A stretch of 60,474 nucleotides of DNA. Source: a virus. Taxonomy: Duplodnaviria; Caudoviricetes. The notes beneath the pieces were generated by a model that saw only the letters and a list, made by a program, of their open reading frames with translations, was not told the origin of the DNA and searched no databases. Positions 39,942 through 49,463 of this stretch are shown here, one piece after another. Position 1 is the stretch's first letter, and each line of letters starts with the position of its first letter. The stretch is from the IMG/VR virus record IMGVR_UViG_3300008267_000327, positions 1 to 60,474 of that record; one strand, written 5' to 3'. The translations under genes were made by a program, and so were the position numbers.

Positions 39942-41054
39942 ATGAAAGTTATTTTAACAGAAAAACAATATGAAAAACTCAAAGGTGAAATGGAAGAAGC
40001 CTTGGGTGTCCCGGAAGGTATATTAGAAGTAGGGGAAGAAATCTACGATTTGATTATAAAAAATTTGGAAGAATTCGAAGGAGATATTGATGATTTAAAT
40101 CAAGACGGTATTGAATTCGAACACACATTTAAAGTAGGTGACCACTATTTCTATAGAGTAAAATTGAATTTCCAAATTGAAGAACACGAAGAAGCCAAAA
40201 AAGTCGATATGGTTGGAATGAGTTCTGAAAATGAAGCCGAATTAGACGACAGATTTGTTTTACAAAGTAGAAGAGACCCGGATGAGATAATTATAGGATT
40301 TAAATTTTTTATCGAATCAGGACAAGGGGTAGAAGACATAGTTGATTATATAAAAAAATATAGGAAAGAAGATATTCCGTCACTAACTCATGAAATTAAA
40401 CATGCTTTCAGAGACGTAAAACAGAAAGGCGATAAACCTAGAGATAGGTCCATTTATGTTGCAACACAAATGATTAGAGAAACGTTTGGTTATGTTCCGG
40501 CATTAAACGAATTCTTGTTTAATTCATATTTCATACACGTAATAGAAAATGTTGTCAGACCTACAGAAATGGCTGCGGAAATGAGAATCAATAATGTATC
40601 ACAAAAAGAGTTTCTGAATTTCTTTCTAAATACGGAAATGATTCTAAGACTAAAACAAATACAAAATTTCAGTTATACCGAATTCAAAGAAAAATTGAAA
40701 ACAAAAGATATTGACAGAATCAAAAAACTTTTAGACGCCATCGATTCCGATTATGATGGAAAGAGTGATGAAGAAATTGTTAATGAATTTCTCAAATTAT
40801 TTTTAGTCAATTTGACTAACAGTAAAAATGAAGTCATGAAAGAGATTCTGACAAATAATATGTTTGAAAAAATGTTCGGACTTAGAGGAGATAAAGACCA
40901 ATTTTTTAGAAAATTCGTATCATATACTACCAAGTTTGGTTATGATTACGATGCATTTTTTGAGAGTGAAGAAAAATACTTCCACCGGGTTGCGAACCAA
41001 ATGATAAAAAAACTTGCCAAGTTGTATGCTATGGCTAAGAAAGACTCTGAATAA
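39942..41054 (+). CDS. putative head-packaged protein with an HExxH motif
   Basis: MKVILTEKQYEKL N-terminus; LTHEIKH; TATTTATA at 39921-39928. Confidence 0.6.
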   Translation: MKVILTEKQYEKLKGEMEEALGVPEGILEVGEEIYDLIIKNLEEFEGDIDDLNQDGIEFEHTFKVGDHYFYRVKLNFQIEEHEEAKKVDMVGMSSENEAELDDRFVLQSRRDPDEIIIGFKFFIESGQGVEDIVDYIKKYRKEDIPSLTHEIKHAFRDVKQKGDKPRDRSIYVATQMIRETFGYVPALNEFLFNSYFIHVIENVVRPTEMAAEMRINNVSQKEFLNFFLNTEMILRLKQIQNFSYTEFKEKLKTKDIDRIKKLLDAIDSDYDGKSDEEIVNEFLKLFLVNLTNSKNEVMKEILTNNMFEKMFGLRGDKDQFFRKFVSYTTKFGYDYDAFFESEEKYFHRVANQMIKKLAKLYAMAKKDSE

Positions 41055-41071
41055 TCAAATATTTATTTGAA

Positions 41072-42082
41072 ATGAAAGATATTATACTCAAAATCATTAT
41101 GGAAGAGGTTGAAAACCAAAACCCCCTCACCCCTATTGAAGTAAAGTTATTCAAAGAATTAAATAAAGGCACAAACAAGTTAGAGTCAGACAAAAAAATA
41201 TTAGAAAAATTAGATACTATTCTGGCTTATCTATCTATACCAAAAAAAACTGCAAAGTATTATCTTGCTCTTTATAAAGCAAACTATAGACCGGAAGGAG
41301 ACTATCAAAATTTAACTTCAGATGAATTTTTTGGTTTAAGGCATTTACCACCAACAAGAACAACAAACGTTGAGTCGGACACATATTCAACCGCAAAACT
41401 ACCTTTCAAGGGTTCAAATCTTTATGGTAAGTGGGAAAAAGATTCTAAAGGTGTTGAATACTATGTTATTGTCTCTTACAATTGGTATCCAATTTATTTA
41501 TTTAAAGAAGATAAATGGTATAAAATTTATCACCCATATTCTACTTCAACTAGTAAACAAATGTCCAATGTAAATCCAATTGAATATGATTCATCTATTG
41601 GAACGGATGTTATTTTTGTTACAAAAGATGAGATGGGTGCTTTAAGGTATAATGCGACTTATGAGGACATCATGAGTAAAAAACCAAAAGAGTTATTAAA
41701 AAGAAAAGAAGATTTTTTAAGTAAAAGGGCGACATCAGTAGGTGGAGGTAGATGGGGAAATTATATTAAAGTAAAATTCAAAATAACAGACATAAGAGAA
41801 GAAGGAGATAAGGCGGTTATTGATGTTACTGTAATTGACGCCGGACCAACTGAAGGTGACGGTTCAAGAAAAATGATTCCGACAAAAGGAAAATACTTAA
41901 CAGGAGAAATACCTGATATAACTAAAGAAAAGGTAGAAAAAACTATCAAAAATAAAATTTTATTAAATTTCAAACAGTTTCTTGGAAATTTTCCAAAATG
42001 GAGCGAAGAAACCGGTTATGATTTGGATACTTATCCTGAAAAACATACAGTCAAATTTAATTTTATACATCCAAATGTGTAA
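41072..42082 (+). CDS. putative late/virion protein
   Basis: MKDIILKIIMEE; TATTTAT at 41060-41066. Confidence 0.6.
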   Translation: MKDIILKIIMEEVENQNPLTPIEVKLFKELNKGTNKLESDKKILEKLDTILAYLSIPKKTAKYYLALYKANYRPEGDYQNLTSDEFFGLRHLPPTRTTNVESDTYSTAKLPFKGSNLYGKWEKDSKGVEYYVIVSYNWYPIYLFKEDKWYKIYHPYSTSTSKQMSNVNPIEYDSSIGTDVIFVTKDEMGALRYNATYEDIMSKKPKELLKRKEDFLSKRATSVGGGRWGNYIKVKFKITDIREEGDKAVIDVTVIDAGPTEGDGSRKMIPTKGKYLTGEIPDITKEKVEKTIKNKILLNFKQFLGNFPKWSEETGYDLDTYPEKHTVKFNFIHPNV

Positions 42083-42087
42083 TTAAT

Positions 42088-42118
42088 AATCCCTCCCCAT
42101 AAAGGAGGGATTTTTTTT
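42088..42118 (+). terminator. intrinsic terminator
   Basis: AATCCCTCC-ccataaa-GGAGGGATT running into a T8 tract. Confidence 0.88.
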
Positions 42119-42126
42119 ATAAAAAA

Positions 42127-42158
42127 TTTGGTAGTTTCAGAAACATTTACTATTTTTA
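42127..42158 (+). promoter_or_regulatory. Bacteroidota-type promoter variant
   Basis: TTTG-N20-TATTTTTA; shares AATTTGGYAGTTTCAGAA with the promoter at 36501. Confidence 0.7.
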
Positions 42159-42177
42159 CACCCTAAACAATTACAGT

Positions 42178-42483
42178 ATGAAACCAACTACCAAATCAGC
42201 ATCCGGAACATCATTCCACAACACAACATTTCAAGCAACGCCAAATCAACTTTTAGAATTGTTGGGAGAACCTTATGGTGACTACAATGATGGAAGTGAT
42301 AAGACCAACTTTGATTGGACTATGGAAACTGAAACCGGTGATGTCTTTACAGTATATGATTGGAAATATTACCACGTATTAGATATGAACACAGTTTATG
42401 AGTGGCATATTGGTGGTAAGGGTAAGAATATTACAGAAATTGCGTTACAAGAAATAAATCAATTACTTAATAATAAAAATTAA
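42178..42483 (+). CDS. hypothetical early protein
   Basis: FTVYDWK..WHIGG. Confidence 0.75.
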   Translation: MKPTTKSASGTSFHNTTFQATPNQLLELLGEPYGDYNDGSDKTNFDWTMETETGDVFTVYDWKYYHVLDMNTVYEWHIGGKGKNITEIALQEINQLLNNKN

Positions 42484-42487
42484 TGTT

Positions 42488-42760
42488 ATGCCAACATTTT
42501 ATGCAGACGATATTGACATCGAACCACATGAATTCGTGTCGGCGTGTCGAAAAAAAGAAATTCAAGAACTGATAGAAGAGTTAGTAGAATCAGGACATTT
42601 ACCACCAAGTGTTAAATCGTGGTCAAAAAAAGAAAACCCAAAGGGATTTCATCCAATGGAAGTCCGATTAGAAACCTCATTGGATAAATTACATGGAAAT
42701 TATCACCGACTAACAAGTGAGGAAGAAGAAACTATAATTAAAATTGCGAACAGATTATGA
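42488..42760 (+). CDS. hypothetical protein
   Basis: 90-aa ORF in an operon. Confidence 0.7.
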   Translation: MPTFYADDIDIEPHEFVSACRKKEIQELIEELVESGHLPPSVKSWSKKENPKGFHPMEVRLETSLDKLHGNYHRLTSEEEETIIKIANRL

Positions 42761-43412
42761 ATTTAAAAGATATTGCACAAGAAATAAGAAACGTTATTTC
42801 GCAGAAACAATCAGAGTTGGGGTTAGAGTTTTTCGAGGAGGAACACAAATACCAAATGAAGGATACGGATGGGAAAATCAAAAACGACTTTCCCTCCGTA
42901 TCTAAGGTATTAAAATGTTTTTATGACGAGTTCCCAACGGAAGAAGCGGCTTACAAGAAATCAGGTGGAGACCCCGACGAACAAGAAAGGTTGATAAAAG
43001 AGTGGGCCGATGCGGGTGATTACGCAACTAATATGGGTAGTAGAACTCACTTTATCTTGGAAATAAATTGTGGCTTATGGAGAATAAAGATAAGACGGGG
43101 TATGGGTTGGTTATAACTGATTGGAAGACGAACAAAATTAAGAACTTTCAAACAACCCGTTATACCAAAAAAATGAAAACACCATTTCACTTTGTGGATG
43201 ATTATGCACTCGGACACTACTACATTCAGTTACCTCTGTATTGTAAGTTGTTCTTGAAGATGTTGGAGGGTAGTAAGTATGAAAACCTGAGTCTCTATGG
43301 TGGTGTTGTAGTCCTGTTAAAGGATGACTCGGATTACGTGGAGTATAGAATACCAAAAGAAGTCATTAGCACAACGATGCAAATGACAGTAAAAAACTAT
43401 CTTAAAAAATAA
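42757..43412 (+). pseudogene. PD-(D/E)XK exonuclease split at about 43060
   Basis: first ORF has F.EEEHKY, PSVS and GSRTH; second ORF has ITDWKT and YIQLPLY; the middle segment with the catalytic Asp is absent. Confidence 0.75.
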
Positions 43413-43417
43413 ATAAT

Positions 43418-43858
43418 ATGACAGCAGTAGAATGGTTAATAAATGAACTTCAACTTTATTATGAAGGGAAATCAAAACTTGTTTATTATGAAATTATTGA
43501 ACAAGCCAAAGAAATGGAAAAGCAACAGATGCATAAATGTGCTTCATTTTGGAGAGGTAAAGAAAATAAAATAGAAATACCAATATTTGAACAATACTAC
43601 AATGAAACTTATGGAAGTAAGGGAAGTGATGTTCCTCAATTAAAATATAAAGATGGGACACCAATAAGGTCTTATGATTCTGCTAAAATACAAGAAATGG
43701 TAAAGTTAATGAATGAACCCACATCTTCCCAAACAGAAATATCAGATGAGGAGATTGAGAAGGAAGCGTCAAGGATACACGGGGTAGGTTCTATGCTCTG
43801 GGAAGAAGGTGCTAAATGGTATAGAGAACAATTAAAAAGTAAAATATGTCAAAAGTAG
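43418..43858 (+). CDS. hypothetical protein (TAVEWL...EQAKEMEK type)
   Basis: 146-aa ORF built from short modules. Confidence 0.7.
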   Translation: MTAVEWLINELQLYYEGKSKLVYYEIIEQAKEMEKQQMHKCASFWRGKENKIEIPIFEQYYNETYGSKGSDVPQLKYKDGTPIRSYDSAKIQEMVKLMNEPTSSQTEISDEEIEKEASRIHGVGSMLWEEGAKWYREQLKSKICQK

Positions 43859-44703
43859 AAGAATTAAGGGCGAAATACCCAAAAATAACAAACGCAACCT
43901 TCAAAAAATTTGAAGAAGGAGATGAAACAAAAACAAAAAAATACCTACCATTTATGTTAAAATTGTGGGTAAATAGAAGTAGTGAAATTTCAAATTCAAC
44001 AGAACTGGTTAAGTTGGTTAATATGTTTGATGAACTTTTACCATATATTGAAAATAAGGACATTTACCACAAGGACTATGAGGATATTACTTTTTTCCTA
44101 AAAGTCATTAATGATGCGATGAATGAAAAAAATGAAAAAACCTTTGTCCGGAAGGAACATGCAAATGTTCTTCACGAATGTGATGAATATATTTTATTAC
44201 AACCACTAACACATAGAGGTTCATTAAAGTATGGGGCAAATACCAAATGGTGCACTTCAAGTAAAAAAGATAAAAACACTTTCGAAAGATACACTAAAAA
44301 TGGATTTCTCGTTTATTTTTTATCAAAAAAAGAAGATAAGTCAGAAGACGTAAAAAAATTAGCTTTTTTTTCTAACTATGGTGATGACCCCCTACTTTCC
44401 GGTGTAGAACTATATGACTCTTTGGACAAACGAATTTCTTTTACCAGAGTCGTAGAAGGTGGATGGGATATAAACCAATTATTTGCGGCAATGGCCATCT
44501 ACCGGGCGAACTTCACAAACGAAACTAGAGTGACCTATGCAAAACAATCAATCAATAAGGCGGTCTTGACCCTCACAAGTATAGATTTCGACTTATTGAG
44601 ACAACAAATCGATATAGTTGAGAAATCAAAAAATAATGACTATATTAGTGATATAAAAGAAAAAATAAACGAGTTTATAAAACAAATTCCAGTAAACATA
44701 TGA
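43846..44703 (+). CDS. hypothetical protein with a YGxxTKWC motif
   Basis: SLKYGANTKWCT. Confidence 0.7.
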   Translation: MSKVEELRAKYPKITNATFKKFEEGDETKTKKYLPFMLKLWVNRSSEISNSTELVKLVNMFDELLPYIENKDIYHKDYEDITFFLKVINDAMNEKNEKTFVRKEHANVLHECDEYILLQPLTHRGSLKYGANTKWCTSSKKDKNTFERYTKNGFLVYFLSKKEDKSEDVKKLAFFSNYGDDPLLSGVELYDSLDKRISFTRVVEGGWDINQLFAAMAIYRANFTNETRVTYAKQSINKAVLTLTSIDFDLLRQQIDIVEKSKNNDYISDIKEKINEFIKQIPVNI

Positions 44704-44939
44704 GCGAAATAATCGGACAACCCCAAATCTCCCTAAAAGAACAACCCACAATAGTTTGTGAGTCATGTGGTTCTGAATTCTTTAGAGAAGTAACAATGTT
44801 AAAAAAAGTATCACGACTACTAACCGGAGCGGCAAACGACACAATTGTTCCATTCCCAACTTACATGTGTAATAGTTGTGGTTATGTTAATAAAGATTTA
44901 AGAATATTTGATGACGAAACACCAAAAATTGAAGAATAA
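44700..44939 (+). CDS. zinc-ribbon protein
   Basis: CESCG..CNSCG. Confidence 0.75.
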   Translation: MSEIIGQPQISLKEQPTIVCESCGSEFFREVTMLKKVSRLLTGAANDTIVPFPTYMCNSCGYVNKDLRIFDDETPKIEE

Positions 44940-44940
44940 A

Positions 44941-45427
44941 ATGATAAAAAGACTATTACACTTTTCTGATTTACATATCAGATTATTTAAGGACCACGAC
45001 CTTTACAAAAGTATTTTACAGACTGCCTTGTCTGAGTGGAAGGCACTTGCTCCTGACAGAATAGTATTCACCGGAGACCTGGTACACAGTAAAAACCAAA
45101 TGACACCTGAACTTATCGAGTTTGTTGCTTGGGTATTAACTGAATGTTCCAAGATTGCAAAAACTGTTGTCATTATTGGTAATCACGACTTCCTTGAGAA
45201 CAACACCCAAAGGTTGGATGCTCTAACACCAATCATCGATTCACTCAACAATGAAAATGTTACATACCTAAAAAACAGAGGTGTATATGAGGATAGTAAT
45301 ATAAATTGGTGTGTATATTCTCTTATGGAACACAACATTCCACCGGATATTAGTAAATCTGATAAAATTCTATATAAACTCTATTGATTCCCTCGTTGAA
45401 GGTAATGAAAAATTAGTTAATTATTAA
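44941..45427 (+). pseudogene. Mre11/SbcD-like metallophosphoesterase, internally deleted and frameshifted near 45365
   Basis: SDLH, TGDLVH and GNHD present; motifs IV and V absent; out-of-frame tail FYINSIDSLVEGNEKLVNY* at 45368-45427. Confidence 0.75.
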
Positions 45428-45428
45428 A

Positions 45429-46046
45429 ATGGAAGTTAAACTCAATTTATCCAACACAGAACATAAAGAACTAATATCTTATTGCAATCTTAATGACTTA
45501 TTGGTTAGTGAAGTAGTCAAGAAATCCTTTACAACTGGTTTTAATATTGAGAGATATGGCTTATTATCAGAGGGTGCTAAAGTTATAGAAAAGGAGGTAG
45601 AGAAGATTGTGGAAAAAAGAATTGAGATTCCTGTTGAGGTTATAAAAGAAGTCGTTAAAATTGAATATGTGGAGATTGAGAAACCTGTAGAAGTAATTAG
45701 AGAGGTTGAAAAAATTGTTGAAGTTCCTGTTGAAAAAGAAGTGATAAAGATAGTTGAGGTTGAAAAAGTAACGGAAGGAACTACACAGGTCATTGAAGTA
45801 ATAAAAGAAGTTGAAAAGATTGTGGAAGTCCCGGTTGAAGTAATAAAAGAGGTTATAGTAGAAAAGGAACAGGATACTACAAAACTTAAAGCGTTAGAAG
45901 AAACATTACAAAAATTAAAATCCCAACTCATAGAAAAAAATAAAATAATTGAAGGGTTGGAAACTAAAATAAACCAAGTTCAAGCAAACTCCTCATCACA
46001 AGTTACATATTTGAGGGGTTCAAATTTGAACGATAAACTTTTTTAA
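45429..46046 (+). CDS. VEKIVEVPVE-repeat coiled-coil protein
   Basis: repeated (V/I)EK(I/E)VE(V/I)PVEVIKE units followed by a coiled coil. Confidence 0.75.
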   Translation: MEVKLNLSNTEHKELISYCNLNDLLVSEVVKKSFTTGFNIERYGLLSEGAKVIEKEVEKIVEKRIEIPVEVIKEVVKIEYVEIEKPVEVIREVEKIVEVPVEKEVIKIVEVEKVTEGTTQVIEVIKEVEKIVEVPVEVIKEVIVEKEQDTTKLKALEETLQKLKSQLIEKNKIIEGLETKINQVQANSSSQVTYLRGSNLNDKLF

Positions 46047-46056
46047 ACTATATTTG
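46025..46056 (+). promoter_or_regulatory. Bacteroidota-type -33/-7 promoter
   Basis: TTTG-N20-TATATTTG; ATG 4 nt downstream. Confidence 0.8.
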
Positions 46057-46060
46057 CATT

Positions 46061-46417
46061 ATGACACAATTAGTATTATGGATGATTATGGCTTATGGAA
46101 TAACCAATATCGTCGTTTATGGAAGTATTTTCAACGGACCGAGAGAATTTATCAGAAAGTGGTCTGAATCAACATTACCATTCAATTCATTAGGGACATT
46201 CATCAAGAATATGACTAGCTGTCCTATGTGTTTTGGAACTTGGTTTGGATTTTTTGCAGGAATTTTCTTATATTCACCAGTACACGAAATATTAGGTGTT
46301 AGTTCATACGGTTCTTGGTTTTTCGATGGAATGTTAAGTTCCGGAGCAGTATGGGCAATCAACTCAATTATCGAATGGTTCGAACAAAACAGACCAAATA
46401 ACAATCAAATATTATAA
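46061..46417 (+). CDS. membrane protein, DUF1360-like
   Basis: TM segments with SCPMCFGTW. Confidence 0.65.
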   Translation: MTQLVLWMIMAYGITNIVVYGSIFNGPREFIRKWSESTLPFNSLGTFIKNMTSCPMCFGTWFGFFAGIFLYSPVHEILGVSSYGSWFFDGMLSSGAVWAINSIIEWFEQNRPNNNQIL

Positions 46418-46418
46418 T

Positions 46419-46622
46419 ATGCCAAAATCAAAACAAAGAAAAGGACATAAGAAAAAAGTCCAAGTAAGAACCGCGGCTCTTAAATCAGAACAACTTAAGT
46501 TCCAAAAAGAAATGATGGAGAAAATGGAAGAATTGAGACAGAAGTTTCAAGAACAGTCAGGAACAACACAAAACCCAGAAACAAATGAAATGGGACTTAT
46601 TCAACCCAAAGCCGGAATTTAA
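46419..46622 (+). CDS. small basic protein
   Basis: MPKSKQRKGHKKKV. Confidence 0.65.
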   Translation: MPKSKQRKGHKKKVQVRTAALKSEQLKFQKEMMEKMEELRQKFQEQSGTTQNPETNEMGLIQPKAGI

Positions 46623-48963
46623 TTATAAAAATATGAGTCATAAACTAGACACAACTACATTAGAGAACCCTTACATACAAGTTATTTGGGAAGACATCCC
46701 GGAGAACTTCACCCAAGAAAGAATCAAATCTGTTAAGCAGTATTTCCAAAAGAAATATAACTCAAACAACATTAATGTTGTGACCAAAGTTAAGACGGAA
46801 GAAGGTGTTCAACAAACCATAGACATTTCTGCAAATGTTATGGATAAGAACTACCAAAACGAATTGGTTAAGTCTCTTGTTGAGGCAAAAGGTCATACCG
46901 CTCTTTTACCAAGTATTATGAATATCGATACTGCGGTTGAACAGAAAATGTTGTTAGACGAAGTTGAAATTACCCCATTTAAGAAGTGGTATATCAGGAA
47001 AATTGAGTTCAGTAATTTCTTATCTTATGGGGAGAATCAAGTGATTGATTTTGATAAGTGTAATGGTATTACTGTGGTTGAGTCAGACCCACCTAACTTC
47101 GGAGGTAAGACAGTTCTTACTGTGGATTTGTTAATGTTTCTATTTTTCAATACAACTACCAAAACACAAAAGGCGGAAGAAATCTTTAATAGATTTACCG
47201 ATAAAAATAAAGTAAGTGTTAGTGGTGAGATTACTATTGATGGGGAAGATTACATAATCGCAAGAAATATTGAGAGGAAGAAAAACAAGGCGGGAGAATG
47301 GAATGTTAAAACCGAGTTGGAATTCTTTAAGAAACTTGCCGATGGACAGTTATTAAACTTCACCGGAGAACAGAGAAGGGAAACTGAAAACTTCATTAAG
47401 AAATCTATTGGAGAACAGGATGATTTTCTTATGACCATCTTAACCACCGCATCAAATTTGGAAGATTTAATTGACGCTAAACCAACAGCAAGAGGACAGG
47501 TGTTATCAAGATTCTTGGGGTTGGAGTTTATTAAGAAGAAAGAAGAAACTGCCAAGGAAATCTATTCTGAGTTCTCAAAGGGTATGATGTCTAATGTCTA
47601 TAATACGGAGTCATTAAGACAAGATAATGAAACCAGTAAATCTGAGATTGATAATTTAAAACAAGAAATCAGAGATGCTGATGAAAAAAATCTTGATGTT
47701 GAGCAGAGGTTAAAGAAGGGTCAGGACTATAAGGATAATCTTCTCAAATCAAAATATACTGACTTGGACCAAGAATTGGTTGTATTGAAACCTGAGATTC
47801 TTAAAACCGGCATTGGGGATTTCGAAAAGAAAATTGAACAAATAGAACAACAAATCAAAGATGTCAATGTGGTTGAACCAAAAGAGTTCTACCACGAAGA
47901 CAAACACGATAAAGTTAAAGAAGACTTAAACAAAACCAAGATTGAACTTAACAGGGCTCACGATAGATGGGAAGACATAAGTGATATGGTTACCAAGTAT
48001 GGTAATGGGGTTGAATGTCAACACTGCGGTATTAAGTTGATGGAAGCAGAACTTACCAAAAAGAAAATATCAGAACTTGATGAGTGGAAACAAAAAGTGG
48101 ACGAACTTACCGATAAAGTTAAGGGACTTGAAGAAGAGGAAAAGTCATTTAGAAACTTGAAACAAGAATTTGATACCTACGAGAGAAACAAACTTATTAA
48201 AGAAAAGTATGAATTGTCTTTGGAATCAGAACAAATGAAAATGGACCAACTCAAAGATAAATTGGTTAGGTATGAAGGAGTTCAGGAGAAGATTAAAAAG
48301 AACAATGAGATTGATGCTCAACTCATAAAGGCTAATATGAGAATTGATGAATTGATGAACGAGAAAAGAGGATATGAAAGAATCAAGGTAACAAACAATC
48401 TCAACGTCGACAAGTTCAATGAAAGAATTGAGAAGAACAACGAGATAATCACAAAAATTGCGGAGGAGTTTGAGAGAGAGAAGTTGTATAAAATTTACTT
48501 GGATGTGTTTGGAAAGAATGGTATAACCAAGATGATTATGAAAACCATGATGCCACTTATCAATCAAGAACTTCAGAGATTATTAGTTGATTCTTGTTAT
48601 TTCAATTTGGAAATCAGAATCAGTGATAAAAACGAGGTTGAGTTCATCATGATTGATGGTTCCACCGGTATCGAGAAACTTATGTCCTCAGGTTCAGGAT
48701 ATGAAAAAACAATTGCGAGTATGGCTTTGAGGGCGGTATTGGCTAAAGTAAGTTCATTACCGAAACCAAATATCCTTGCTTTTGATGAGGCGTTCGGAAA
48801 GATTAGTAATGAGAACCTTGAGTTAGTTGGAGAGTTCTTCGGTAAGATTAAAAGTTATTTCGAAAAGATATTTGTAATTAGCCATAATCCACTTATTAAT
48901 AATTGGGCTGATAGCGTTGTTAGGGTAACTAAAGTAGATAATGTTAGTAAAGTAACCCAATAA
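46585..48963 (+). CDS. Rad50/SbcC (T4 gp46-like) ABC ATPase
   Basis: NFLSYG, Walker A NFGGKT, zinc hook CQHC, SGSGYEK signature, LAFDEAFG, ISHN, long coiled coils. Confidence 0.9.
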   Translation: MKWDLFNPKPEFNYKNMSHKLDTTTLENPYIQVIWEDIPENFTQERIKSVKQYFQKKYNSNNINVVTKVKTEEGVQQTIDISANVMDKNYQNELVKSLVEAKGHTALLPSIMNIDTAVEQKMLLDEVEITPFKKWYIRKIEFSNFLSYGENQVIDFDKCNGITVVESDPPNFGGKTVLTVDLLMFLFFNTTTKTQKAEEIFNRFTDKNKVSVSGEITIDGEDYIIARNIERKKNKAGEWNVKTELEFFKKLADGQLLNFTGEQRRETENFIKKSIGEQDDFLMTILTTASNLEDLIDAKPTARGQVLSRFLGLEFIKKKEETAKEIYSEFSKGMMSNVYNTESLRQDNETSKSEIDNLKQEIRDADEKNLDVEQRLKKGQDYKDNLLKSKYTDLDQELVVLKPEILKTGIGDFEKKIEQIEQQIKDVNVVEPKEFYHEDKHDKVKEDLNKTKIELNRAHDRWEDISDMVTKYGNGVECQHCGIKLMEAELTKKKISELDEWKQKVDELTDKVKGLEEEEKSFRNLKQEFDTYERNKLIKEKYELSLESEQMKMDQLKDKLVRYEGVQEKIKKNNEIDAQLIKANMRIDELMNEKRGYERIKVTNNLNVDKFNERIEKNNEIITKIAEEFEREKLYKIYLDVFGKNGITKMIMKTMMPLINQELQRLLVDSCYFNLEIRISDKNEVEFIMIDGSTGIEKLMSSGSGYEKTIASMALRAVLAKVSSLPKPNILAFDEAFGKISNENLELVGEFFGKIKSYFEKIFVISHNPLINNWADSVVRVTKVDNVSKVTQ

Positions 48964-48967
48964 AAAA

Positions 48968-49438
48968 ATGAAGAAATTAAAACCAAATCAAATAGAAAAA
49001 ATAGAAGAAACTTTAAAGGATTTTAAATGTTTACTTCAAAGGTATAGGGAAGTTAAAGATAATTCTGAAAAGTTAAATTTGTTTTTCACTAGAAATAGAA
49101 ATCCAATTTGGGATATAACAAATATAAATTTTTTCAGAACCGGATTAAAATCTGAAGTTGCGGTTCAAGACAAAAGTCAAATTTTAGTTGATGACCATTT
49201 TATCCAAAGAAGTAAATCTTTAAAATTTATATTTGACGAGTTAGATAACCAGGAGGATATGTCTTTAGAAGATTTTATTAATTTAGTAAAAAGATTATGT
49301 TCTACTGTAAAATTGACCCGAGAAGAACATAATAAGGTTACCCTGTTTGCAAAGAAAAACCCAACATATCTAAATTATGAGACATATGTTGCTTGTGGAA
49401 TAAAAGTAGATGGATTATCCAATTTTATTTTGAAATAA
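48968..49438 (+). CDS. hypothetical protein
   Basis: 156-aa ORF. Confidence 0.7.
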   Translation: MKKLKPNQIEKIEETLKDFKCLLQRYREVKDNSEKLNLFFTRNRNPIWDITNINFFRTGLKSEVAVQDKSQILVDDHFIQRSKSLKFIFDELDNQEDMSLEDFINLVKRLCSTVKLTREEHNKVTLFAKKNPTYLNYETYVACGIKVDGLSNFILK

Positions 49439-49459
49439 AATATAAAGGTATTATATTTG
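49429..49459 (+). promoter_or_regulatory. Bacteroidota-type -33/-7 promoter
   Basis: TTTG-N19-TATATTTG; ATG 4 nt downstream. Confidence 0.8.
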
Positions 49460-49463
49460 CTTC

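Noticed and set aside
45479-45931. 150-aa Ser/Thr/Phe-rich minus-strand ORF
   Set aside because: Antisense shadow of the VEKIVEVP repeats
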